Shown: positions 50,034-59,067 of the stretch, piece after piece
How the letters are laid out: the number at the start of each line of letters is the position of its first letter
Numbering within the stretch: the first letter of the stretch is position 1
Source of the DNA: an uncultured bacterium
Lineage (GTDB): Bacteria > Bacteroidota > Bacteroidia > NS11-12g > UBA9320
DNA length: 64,000 bases
Reading direction: 5' to 3'
Assembly (NCBI GenBank): GCA_963991985.1
Contig: CAXDRX010000007.1
Span: 8,475 to 72,474 of the forward strand
Made by a program: the position numbers and the translations under genes
The notes under the pieces: generated by a model
Told to the model about the DNA's origin: nothing
Seen by the model: only the letters and a program-made list of their open reading frames with translations
Database searches by the model: none

Positions 50034-50049
50034 TATTTATCCATAAATA
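50034..50049. promoter_or_regulatory. Perfect 16-bp palindrome TATTTATCCATAAATA in the divergent regulator/hddA intergenic region; candidate operator
   Basis: Seen directly: 7-2-7 inverted repeat flanked by the direct repeat ATACTTT, 27 nt upstream of the hddA ATG and 40 nt upstream of the regulator ATG. Confidence 0.3.
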
Positions 50050-50075
50050 CTTTTGAATATATTTACCTTTGAAAA

Positions 50076-51095
50076 ATGATTGTCCGGAGCATGGCGCCAC
50101 TTCGTTTGGGTTTGGCTGGAGGGGGAACAGACGTTAGCCCGTATTCAGATTTGTTTGGTGGCTACATACTCAATGCAACAATCAATATGTATGCGCGAGC
50201 GAGTATCGTTGAAAACAACAAAGAAATCTCAATAGAGGCATCCGATATTGGATTGAAAGAAGTTCACCCCATTCAAAATAATCTACCCATCAACCAAAAA
50301 TTGGATTTGGCCAAAGGAGTCTACAATCGTTTGATCAAAGATTTCAAATTCAAGCCCAAAGGTTTCCATTTGACGACCTATGTTGAAGCTCCACCAGGTT
50401 CTGGTTTAGGCTCTTCCTCAACATTGGTTGTGGCCATCCTAGGAGCATTTGTGGAATGGTTAAAATTGCCTCTTGGGGAATATGACATTGCCAAACTTGC
50501 TTATTCAATAGAAAGGGAAGACCTAGCACTAGCAGGAGGAAAACAAGACCAATATGCCGCTACATTTGGCGGTTTTAACTTCATGGAATTTCATCAAGGA
50601 GATAAAGTGATTGTGAACCCTTTGAGAATAAAACAGAGATACCGAAACGAATTACAACACAATCTTTTATTACTTTATACGGGTAAAAGTAGAGAAAGTG
50701 CAAACATCATTGATACTCAATCGAGCAATGTAAGCAGCAGCAATCAAGGTGCCATAGAAGCGACACACCAAATCAAAAAATCCGCGATGCTAATGAAAGA
50801 AATTATTTTGACCGGAGAAATAGACAATATTGGAGATATTTTACACCAAAGCTGGCAAAACAAAAAACAGATGGCCCAAGGAATTAGCAATGATCATATA
50901 GACAAACTTTATCAAACAGCCCTGGACCACGGTGCAAATGGAGGCAAAATTTCTGGAGCCGGAGGGGGAGGTTATATGTTTTTTTATTGCCCCCAAAACA
51001 CCAAGTATAAAGTGAAAGAGGCTTTTGACAAAATGGGCATACAAACATTCCCTTTTGAATTCACAGTGGATGGACTTTACACGTATACCATTTAA
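50076..51095 (+). CDS. hddA: GHMP-family sugar kinase; best match D-glycero-alpha-D-manno-heptose 7-phosphate kinase
   Basis: N-terminal RSMAPLRLGLAGGGTDVSPYSDLFGGYILNATINMY matches the HddA pattern (R.P.R.S..GGGTD...Y....GG.V...I..Y); GHMP motif PPGSGLGSSS; 339 aa. Confidence 0.7.
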   Translation: MIVRSMAPLRLGLAGGGTDVSPYSDLFGGYILNATINMYARASIVENNKEISIEASDIGLKEVHPIQNNLPINQKLDLAKGVYNRLIKDFKFKPKGFHLTTYVEAPPGSGLGSSSTLVVAILGAFVEWLKLPLGEYDIAKLAYSIEREDLALAGGKQDQYAATFGGFNFMEFHQGDKVIVNPLRIKQRYRNELQHNLLLLYTGKSRESANIIDTQSSNVSSSNQGAIEATHQIKKSAMLMKEIILTGEIDNIGDILHQSWQNKKQMAQGISNDHIDKLYQTALDHGANGGKISGAGGGGYMFFYCPQNTKYKVKEAFDKMGIQTFPFEFTVDGLYTYTI

Positions 51096-51793
51096 TGGAA
51101 GCCATAATCTTAGCTGGTGGTTTTGGAACCCGCCTAAAATCTGTAGTTAGCGATGTGCCAAAACCAATGGCACCCATCCAAAACAAACCCTTTTTGGCAT
51201 ATCTCTTAACTTTTCTTGCGAAACACGGCATAAGCCGATTTGTCTTATCCGTAGGATATATGCATGAAAAAATAGTTGATTATTTTGGTCAATCATTTCT
51301 GAGCGTACCCATAAGCTACGTTATAGAAAACAAAGCTCTAGGAACTGGCGGTGCCATCAAACTTGCTCTTAAAAAAGTCAAAACAGACAATGTTTTGGTT
51401 TACAATGGAGACACATTTTTTGATATTGATCCAAAAAAGTTGTTTTCATTCCATAAAAATACAAAAGCAGAAATATCACTTGCGCTAAAAAATTTAAAAA
51501 AACCCGCGAGGTATGGAACCATCAAACTTCAAGGCAGCAGAGTTGTTGGGTTTTCCGAAAAAAATAAAAATTTGTCAGAAGGATTGATAAACTGTGGCGT
51601 GTATTGCCTTTCGAGACATATTTTTGAAGGCCTTATTATGCAAATAAAATTTTCCTTTGAAAAAGATTTTTTGGAAAACTATTTTCATAAAAAAATGATA
51701 TCAGGAATGGTGCATTCCGGATATTTTATAGACATTGGCATCCCAGAAGATTATGAAAAAGCCCAATCAGAACTTACTCAATACACAATTTGA
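51095..51793 (+). CDS. hddC: Sugar-phosphate nucleotidyltransferase; best match D-glycero-alpha-D-manno-heptose 1-phosphate guanylyltransferase
   Basis: MEAIILAGGFGTRLKSVVSDVPKPMAPIQNKPFLAYLL NTP-transferase signature; 232 aa; start codon overlaps the hddA stop. Confidence 0.7.
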   Translation: MEAIILAGGFGTRLKSVVSDVPKPMAPIQNKPFLAYLLTFLAKHGISRFVLSVGYMHEKIVDYFGQSFLSVPISYVIENKALGTGGAIKLALKKVKTDNVLVYNGDTFFDIDPKKLFSFHKNTKAEISLALKNLKKPARYGTIKLQGSRVVGFSEKNKNLSEGLINCGVYCLSRHIFEGLIMQIKFSFEKDFLENYFHKKMISGMVHSGYFIDIGIPEDYEKAQSELTQYTI

Positions 51794-52325
51794 CAAAAAT
51801 TGGACACTATTTCTCGATAGAGATGGTGTAATCAATGAGCGCCTTATTGGAGATTATGTAAAGTCTGTAGAGGAGTTTGTTTTTTGTAAAGGTGCCGTGG
51901 AAGCCATAGCAACTTTCACCAAAATTTTTGGCAAAATAATTGTAATTACCAATCAACAGGGAATTGGGAAAAACCTCATGACAGAGGACGATTTAAAAAA
52001 AATCCATGACCACATGAAAAGAGAAATAAATAAGATTGGAGGCAAAATTGATGCTATTTTTTTCTGCCCAGACTTAGCTCTAGCCGAAAAGAATTGCAGG
52101 AAACCCAGCCCAAAGATGGCCCATTTCGCCAAAGATAAATTCCCCAGCATAAATTTTAACAAAACCCTTATGGTTGGAGATAGTAAAAGTGATATGTATT
52201 TTGCTGAGAATGTAGGTTGTCATGCCTTTTTTATTGCACCAAAGCCCCACCCCGACTACCCTACCTATTCCAGTCTGTCTAACATTGCAAAAAAGATGTC
52301 CAAGTATCAAACCAATTCAAACTAG
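51735..52325 (+). CDS. gmhB: HAD-IIIA phosphatase; D-glycero-D-manno-heptose 1,7-bisphosphate phosphatase
   Basis: LFLDRDGVINE motif I and ...VITNQQGIGK...; C-terminal D(x)D (MVGDSKSDM). The start is uncertain; the ORF overlaps hddC by 41-59 nt. Confidence 0.75.
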   Translation: MASQKIMKKPNQNLLNTQFDKNWTLFLDRDGVINERLIGDYVKSVEEFVFCKGAVEAIATFTKIFGKIIVITNQQGIGKNLMTEDDLKKIHDHMKREINKIGGKIDAIFFCPDLALAEKNCRKPSPKMAHFAKDKFPSINFNKTLMVGDSKSDMYFAENVGCHAFFIAPKPHPDYPTYSSLSNIAKKMSKYQTNSN

Positions 52326-52344
52326 TTTATCGTTATATTAATAG

Positions 52345-55300
52345 TTGTTCAAAAAAATAACATATCTAACTCTACTTATTTTAGGCTATTCCTCTTCTTG
52401 GTCAACACATTTGGTGGGCGGATATTGCTCTTACAGCTATTTGACCACCAATTCAGATGGAAGCATAAAATATCGTTTGGATCTTAATCTTTTTAGAGAC
52501 TGTAAACCAAGATCAGCCGAATTTGACAAAAGTATAGAAATTGGCATATACAAAGATGTGGGCCAAAAGGACTTGGTTCAAACCATTCAAATCAATAATC
52601 CAAGCATAAAAAAAGTAAATCCACCAGGGAACACGCCTTGTCCATTTTTGCTCCAAAACATATGTGTTGAACAAGGCTATTTTTCAACCATAATTAATTT
52701 AGATGCTGCCAATCATGGATACCACATTGTCTATCAAGTTTGTTGCAGAAATACACAAGTTAATTTGGCAGAAAATAGTGGAGCAGCACAAGGACAAACT
52801 TATTATGCCTTCATACCCCCATCAACGATACAAAACAGTTCACCAAGATTTTCAGGAATTCCGGTACCCTATATGTGCCAAAATGAACCTACCGATTTTT
52901 TGCTCCGCGCCATCGACCCAGACGGAGACTCTTTGGTATATTCTATCTCTAGACCATATCAAGGGGCTTCCCCTATCAACCCCAACCCTTCTCCTCCCAA
53001 GAATATGGAAACTTTAAAGGGTGTAAACTATCTGAATGGTTTCTCAGAAACCCAACCTTTTGGCAACAATGGTTCATTTTCTGTTCACCCACAAACAGGT
53101 CTAACAAAATTGACAGCACAAAACCAAGGAAATTATACCGTAGGAATACAAGTGAAAGAATTTAGAAATGGGAAAGATTTGGGCAATTCTACAAGGTTAG
53201 ACTTGCAGGTTTGGGTCATAGGATGTCCACAAAATCAAACACCCATCATCAATCTCCCCAATAAGAAATATTTTGAGGTAGTCGTTGGTGAGGAAATTTG
53301 TATTGACTTTGAATCTACAGATCCTGACAACGACTTTGTCACCTTTGCTGCACAAGGAAATCTTTTTGATGGACTCAATGGATTCTCAGGTAGCAAAGCC
53401 GTCTTTAAAAACAATTTAGGTCAAGGGAAAGCAAGTGGCGAATTATGTTGGCGACCTCTCTGCAACCAAGTCAATGACACACCGTATTATTTTACTGTCA
53501 ATGCTTTAGACAACGGATGTCCTCCAAAAAGAGAAGCCCATACCTATGCAATAAAAGTACTACCCTTTAGAGGAGCGGACTCCTTATTTGGACCGGCAGC
53601 TTTGTGTAATTCCTTGAAAGGAGTCTACTCAATCAATCGAAAAGAAAAAAATGGAGGTTATATTTCTTGGCAAGTCAGCAATGGTCAAATCTACACCCAA
53701 TGGGATGATTCGATTGAAGTAGTGTGGGACCTTGACAAAAGCAAAGGGAAAATTAATGCCGTAGAAATCAGTAAAGATGGTTGTGCTGGAGATACCATTT
53801 ATTTAGATGTTGAACTGTTCCCAAGCCCCAAAAAGCCGAGCATAATTGGAAAAGACACCTTATGCCTGCAAGACAGTCCATTTATTTTTCAAGGGAACGG
53901 AATCCAGAGCAAATTAATTTACGACTGGTTTGTTTCCGGCGCCGATTCATGGAAGCAATTGTCGGAAGACAGCATAGAAATCAACAAAACAAAAGCCGGC
54001 AATATATTATTGAAATTGATCTCGTTAAACGAAAAAAATTGCCCCAGTGACACCCAATACAAAACCATCAATATACGAAAACCAAATGCTCAAATATGGG
54101 GACCAAAAAAGGTTTGTCCCAACAATTCGGGGTATCTTTACTATGCATTGGATGGAGAAAGAAATTCTAACTTTCTATGGATAACAAATGGCGGTTCTCC
54201 GGATCCAAACTTAATCTCCCCAGATACAATTTCAATTGCCTGGGCCGATTCCGGCATAGGGACTTTAAAACTATTGGTAACGGATAAATTTGGTTGTAAA
54301 AGTGATACATCTAAATTGAAAATACGCAAAGATTACCAGTTAGATAAACCAACCATTTATGGCGATACAAGTGTCTGTCTAAAAGAAATTGAAGAATACC
54401 GGACAATTTCTAGCCCAAATACTTGGTTCATTTGGAAAACAAGTGGATTGCCCCTACCGGCAATAGATAGCTCTTCAAAAGTCCAAATTCAATGGAGCAA
54501 TATTGGATTGAATTACGTAAGCGTTATTGAGCAAGCTTATGACTCAAAAAATGCAAAGTATTGCATTAGCCCAGAATCAAATTTACCAGTCAATGTTTAC
54601 CAAATACCGACCGATCCAATTATCCTTGGCAAAGACTCTGTATGTCAACTGGATACCATTTTGTTTCAGTCCACAGGAAGTTCCAACAATGCATTCATTT
54701 GGTATTTAGACAAAGACACAAGCAATATTGAAGGCCAACAATCAGCAAAAATTAAGCTTATTTTCGATAAGGCTGGAAAGTATGAACTCGCCCTTCAAAA
54801 AGTATCTTTACTCGGTTGCAAATCTAAAATTATAGATACCACAATTGTTGTTCTACCAAAACCGCAAACATTTTTTGTAAAGGAGCTACCCCCTGCGATT
54901 TGCTTTCCTGATTCTTCCTCAAAATTGGTTATTGCCAGCGGTTTTGAGAATTCCGATTTCACCTGGGGAATTAAAAATGGGACAATACAAAGCAATAAAG
55001 AAGATACCCTGGAGGCATATTTTAAGAACCGTGGAGATTTGTCGGTTTGGGTTGTAGAAACCTCGGAATTTGGTTGTCCGGGAGACACAATATTGAACAA
55101 AAGCTATTTTCAAGATTTACAACTCGGAATAAACTTTGTCTCCGTCATGCTGCCCGATGATCAGATTGAAATCAAATGGCAAAGTAAAAATCCATTGGAA
55201 CCTCTTTTGGATGAACAAAAAATATACCGATCTTCAAATGGAGGCATCTTTTCGGAAATTGCGACCACGGCCCCCTCCACTTTTTACACCACAGATAAAA

Positions 55301-55938
55301 AGTTGAACACAGACGAAAACCTCTTCAGTTATTATGTTTCAACCACCAATCTGTGCAATGAAATAGTGGTTTCTGACACCCATACTCATGTCCAAGGAAA
55401 CATTCAGAAACTTTCAGACATCAAATCTGGAGAAATTGATTTCTCATCATATAAGGGCTGGAAGAAAGGCGTGAATCAGTACGAAATCTACAGAAGACTT
55501 CCGAATGAAAATTTTCTTCCTTTTGATGTGCTTACCCAAAATTCAAAAATGGTTTACAGCCTTGGGCTAAGCCATTACCAGCAATGTTTCAGAATTAAAT
55601 CTAAAGCAAATTTGCCACGTGTGGATACAAGCTGGAGCAATGAGTTTTGTCTTAATTTTGAACCGGTCGTTTTTATTCCCAATGCATTTACACCCGATAA
55701 ATCCGGTGAACTCAACCAAAGTTTTGGTGCCTTCGTAGGTGCAGTAAAGACATTTCAGATCCAGATTTTTAATCGATGGGGTGAACAAATTTTTTCTAGT
55801 ACAGACAAGAATTTCAAATGGGATGGGACCTATCAAAAAAAATCGCTACCCATAGGAGTATATGCCTACCATGCAAGCTATACAGATTTCCTAGGAAATT
55901 CATACCAGCGAGGAGGTTCCATTCACCTCCTAAGATAA
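52345..55938 (+). CDS. Giant secreted adhesin-like protein with a T9SS type-B (CHU_C / gliding-motility-associated) C-terminal domain
   Basis: Signal peptide; 1197 aa of repeated beta-rich Ig-like modules; C-terminal ...VVFIPNAFTPDKSGELNQSFG...FQIQIFNRWGEQIFSS...FKWDGTY......GVYAYH matching type-B CTD. Confidence 0.8.
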   Translation: MFKKITYLTLLILGYSSSWSTHLVGGYCSYSYLTTNSDGSIKYRLDLNLFRDCKPRSAEFDKSIEIGIYKDVGQKDLVQTIQINNPSIKKVNPPGNTPCPFLLQNICVEQGYFSTIINLDAANHGYHIVYQVCCRNTQVNLAENSGAAQGQTYYAFIPPSTIQNSSPRFSGIPVPYMCQNEPTDFLLRAIDPDGDSLVYSISRPYQGASPINPNPSPPKNMETLKGVNYLNGFSETQPFGNNGSFSVHPQTGLTKLTAQNQGNYTVGIQVKEFRNGKDLGNSTRLDLQVWVIGCPQNQTPIINLPNKKYFEVVVGEEICIDFESTDPDNDFVTFAAQGNLFDGLNGFSGSKAVFKNNLGQGKASGELCWRPLCNQVNDTPYYFTVNALDNGCPPKREAHTYAIKVLPFRGADSLFGPAALCNSLKGVYSINRKEKNGGYISWQVSNGQIYTQWDDSIEVVWDLDKSKGKINAVEISKDGCAGDTIYLDVELFPSPKKPSIIGKDTLCLQDSPFIFQGNGIQSKLIYDWFVSGADSWKQLSEDSIEINKTKAGNILLKLISLNEKNCPSDTQYKTINIRKPNAQIWGPKKVCPNNSGYLYYALDGERNSNFLWITNGGSPDPNLISPDTISIAWADSGIGTLKLLVTDKFGCKSDTSKLKIRKDYQLDKPTIYGDTSVCLKEIEEYRTISSPNTWFIWKTSGLPLPAIDSSSKVQIQWSNIGLNYVSVIEQAYDSKNAKYCISPESNLPVNVYQIPTDPIILGKDSVCQLDTILFQSTGSSNNAFIWYLDKDTSNIEGQQSAKIKLIFDKAGKYELALQKVSLLGCKSKIIDTTIVVLPKPQTFFVKELPPAICFPDSSSKLVIASGFENSDFTWGIKNGTIQSNKEDTLEAYFKNRGDLSVWVVETSEFGCPGDTILNKSYFQDLQLGINFVSVMLPDDQIEIKWQSKNPLEPLLDEQKIYRSSNGGIFSEIATTAPSTFYTTDKKLNTDENLFSYYVSTTNLCNEIVVSDTHTHVQGNIQKLSDIKSGEIDFSSYKGWKKGVNQYEIYRRLPNENFLPFDVLTQNSKMVYSLGLSHYQQCFRIKSKANLPRVDTSWSNEFCLNFEPVVFIPNAFTPDKSGELNQSFGAFVGAVKTFQIQIFNRWGEQIFSSTDKNFKWDGTYQKKSLPIGVYAYHASYTDFLGNSYQRGGSIHLLR

Positions 55939-55996
55939 TGATTGTTCAAAAGTTGTACAATTTGAGCAAAGTCAATTGCGTTATTTTTGGTATCAA

Positions 55997-58900
55997 ATGG
56001 CATTGAAAAAAAATGGTCTTTTCTTTTTTTTGATTCTTTTGGTTACAACTTCCAAAGGACAACTGAGCAATCGTTTTGATAACGCCTTTCAATATTACCA
56101 AGCGGGAAAAGATTTGTTTGATAAAAATCAATTCGGCCCAAGCATTCATTCATTTCAAAAATTTATTTCCCTCGTCCCCTCCTCCGAAAAAATACAGGAT
56201 GCGAATATTTTATTGCTCATTGCACGGTTAAAACTGAACCACAAAAACGCAGCCTATAAACTCTCCAAGATTGCTTACAGAAACCCAGAAAACCCAATGA
56301 GCAATTATGCCTTGACAGAGCTAGGGCACTATTATTTTACAAAAAATAAATATCGGCAGGCAAAAAAATATTATTCGAAAATAGATGCATCAGTGCACCC
56401 CTACCCCGTTTACGAAAAAATACAATTCAATTATGCCTATAGTTGTTTCAAGACAAACGAGTTTGTTGAAGCAAAAAATCGATTTGCTCGAATCAAAAAT
56501 AATCAAAGTAGCCCCTATTACTTAAGGTCAAATTACTTTTATGGCTATATCTGTTACGCATCAAAAAATTTTGATGATGCCATAAGTCATTGGAAGAAAT
56601 TAGGTGAAAAAGGACCAAAAACCATGCAACTTCAACTGGCTCAACTTTATTACGGAAGAGGAGAATACGACCAAGCAATTGACAAAGCAAGGCTCGCCAA
56701 TATTAGCACATTAGAACAGAAAGCCGACTTACTGATTGGAAAATGTTATTTCCAAAAAGAAGATTATGAAAGAGCATTTATTTACCTTCAAAAAATAGAC
56801 ATTCCAAATCTTACCAATGAAGAAAAAGTGCAAATTGCTTATTGCCATTATCTCTACGGAAGTGCAAAAAAAGCCAAAGAAACATTTACAGAAGTGAGCA
56901 ATTCTAGTAAAGATTTGAGCCAAATGGCCAATTATTATTTAGCGAAATTATACCTTGAAGAACCCAATAAACAAAATGCTTTTTCGGCGCTAGCTATTTC
57001 CAAAAATATTTCAGGAAAAAAAGAATTTCAAGAAGTTAGTTTGTACAACTATGCAAAATTGTGTTTTGAACTAAACAGACATACAGAAGCACTGTCTGCT
57101 TTAGAATTATTTCAGAATAAATTCCCAACAAGCGCTCTCAAAGAAGAAAGCAATCAATTGCTTGCCTACATATTTCTACAAAATAAAAATTATGCAAAGG
57201 CCATAAATTACATCGAAAAAATGTCGGCAAAATCAAAAATGGTGCAAGAAATTTATCAAAAAACAACTTTGAACCTTGCCAAACAAAAAATTTTAAATAA
57301 AGAGTACGACCAAGCACTAAGCTACCTCATCAAGTCTCGCTACTATCCCGAAAACAAAAATAGTTTGGCGCAAACATACTTTTGGATGGGGGAAGTTTAT
57401 TTTCACAAAAATGAATTCACCAATTCCAAAACATTTTATGATTCTTACCTTAAAATAAAAAGCTATGAGCCCAAATTACTTCATAAGGCACATTACAACC
57501 TAGGCTATACCTACTATAGACTGAAGGCCAACAAAATTGCTGCTTCACAATTTTCCAAATGTGTCAAATTGATGGAGAAAGAAAAATTGAAGAATCGCTT
57601 ATTTGTAGATGCACTTTTAAGGTCGGCCGATTGCTTTTTTTTAACGGGTAACTACGCAGCAGCCAATGGGCAGTATCGTAAGGTAATTAAGAATTCATTT
57701 GAAAACAAAGATTATGCACTTTTTCAAAGTGGTATAATCTACGGACTTCTCAACCAATTTGACAAGAAAATTGAAACGCTCAAAAAACTCACAGTTGAAC
57801 ATCAAAAGTCAAGCTATACAGACGATGCATTTTTTGAAATTGCTTCTACTTATCAAGAGCAAGGCAAAATAAAACAAGCCCTCGAACTCTATAATGTATT
57901 GATATCAAAGTTTGATTATTCTCCGTATTTGGCAGATGCACAACTTCGCATGGGGCTAATATATTACAATCAAGAAAACTACGATATGGCCATTGGCAAT
58001 TACAGAAGAGTTGTTGAGAATTTTCCCAACACAGCATATGCCAAACAAGCCATGAACTTTGTGAAATTAATTTACACAGAAAATGGCCAAGGAGAACAAT
58101 ACATTGAATTTGTAAACAATTTAGGAGGCGAAATAAGTTTGAGCTTACAGGATTCCCTATTATTCGAATCCGCTTGGAAAAATTATCGCCAAGGAAATTG
58201 TCAAAAAGCATCAATTGGCTTTAAAAAATATCTTAGTCAATTTAGAGAAAATGGATTTTTCAATATACAGGCGGCATATTACTTGGCCGAGTGTGGCTTT
58301 TATAATCAAAAACGAGCAATTGCAAAAGAAAATTATGCTTTTGTTCTTCAATCTCAGCGGAATGAATTTTCCGAAAAATCTGCAAAGAAGCTCGCCCAAA
58401 TTTATTTCGATGAACAAGCTTTTTCTTTAGCAAACCAATACTTTCAAAAGCTTGAAAAATATGCGAGCCATTCCAGCAATCTTAAAGTGGCCCGAATTGG
58501 ACAACTGAGAAGCTTGCACTCGCTTGGGGATACATTTGGCCTAAAGCGACTATCTTTTGAAATTCTTGCGATGGATAACTTAGAAAATGATGATGTATCC
58601 GAGGCCAATATGCGGCTCGGTGAATATTTTTGGATGGTCAACAAAAAAGATAGTGCTCATTTCTTCTTTATAAAGGTGACCCGACTGAGCAAGGCAGAAA
58701 TTGCAGCAAAAGCCCAATATTATTTAGCCCAATACCATTTTGAAAAGGAAAGTTTTGGCAAATCGAAAGATGCCATTTATCATCTCAATGACCATTTCAG
58801 CAACTACACGTATTGGCTCGCCAAAGCTTTTGTTTTGCTAGGAGATATCTATTTTGAGAAAAAAGATTATTTCCAAGCTAGAGCGACCTATCAAAGTATT

Positions 58901-59035
58901 TTGGACGGCTATGAAGGGAAAAAAGAGCTTATTTCAGAGATCCAGCAGAAAGTTCAAAAACTCAACCAAATAGAAAACAATAAAAAAACAGAGGAAATTT
59001 TAGATGATCAAGCAACCAAGAGCATCGATGGGTAA
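55997..59035 (+). CDS. Large tetratricopeptide-repeat protein with signal peptide
   Basis: MALKKNGLFFFLILLVTTSKGQ signal peptide, then about 1000 aa of consecutive TPR-like helical pairs (W/Y-x2-G-x3-Y/F...A-x3-F/Y-x2-A...P). The ORF track starts at 55976. Confidence 0.7.
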   Translation: MALKKNGLFFFLILLVTTSKGQLSNRFDNAFQYYQAGKDLFDKNQFGPSIHSFQKFISLVPSSEKIQDANILLLIARLKLNHKNAAYKLSKIAYRNPENPMSNYALTELGHYYFTKNKYRQAKKYYSKIDASVHPYPVYEKIQFNYAYSCFKTNEFVEAKNRFARIKNNQSSPYYLRSNYFYGYICYASKNFDDAISHWKKLGEKGPKTMQLQLAQLYYGRGEYDQAIDKARLANISTLEQKADLLIGKCYFQKEDYERAFIYLQKIDIPNLTNEEKVQIAYCHYLYGSAKKAKETFTEVSNSSKDLSQMANYYLAKLYLEEPNKQNAFSALAISKNISGKKEFQEVSLYNYAKLCFELNRHTEALSALELFQNKFPTSALKEESNQLLAYIFLQNKNYAKAINYIEKMSAKSKMVQEIYQKTTLNLAKQKILNKEYDQALSYLIKSRYYPENKNSLAQTYFWMGEVYFHKNEFTNSKTFYDSYLKIKSYEPKLLHKAHYNLGYTYYRLKANKIAASQFSKCVKLMEKEKLKNRLFVDALLRSADCFFLTGNYAAANGQYRKVIKNSFENKDYALFQSGIIYGLLNQFDKKIETLKKLTVEHQKSSYTDDAFFEIASTYQEQGKIKQALELYNVLISKFDYSPYLADAQLRMGLIYYNQENYDMAIGNYRRVVENFPNTAYAKQAMNFVKLIYTENGQGEQYIEFVNNLGGEISLSLQDSLLFESAWKNYRQGNCQKASIGFKKYLSQFRENGFFNIQAAYYLAECGFYNQKRAIAKENYAFVLQSQRNEFSEKSAKKLAQIYFDEQAFSLANQYFQKLEKYASHSSNLKVARIGQLRSLHSLGDTFGLKRLSFEILAMDNLENDDVSEANMRLGEYFWMVNKKDSAHFFFIKVTRLSKAEIAAKAQYYLAQYHFEKESFGKSKDAIYHLNDHFSNYTYWLAKAFVLLGDIYFEKKDYFQARATYQSILDGYEGKKELISEIQQKVQKLNQIENNKKTEEILDDQATKSIDG

Positions 59036-59067
59036 AACCATTCATATGCTTTGTTTGTACCATAAAT

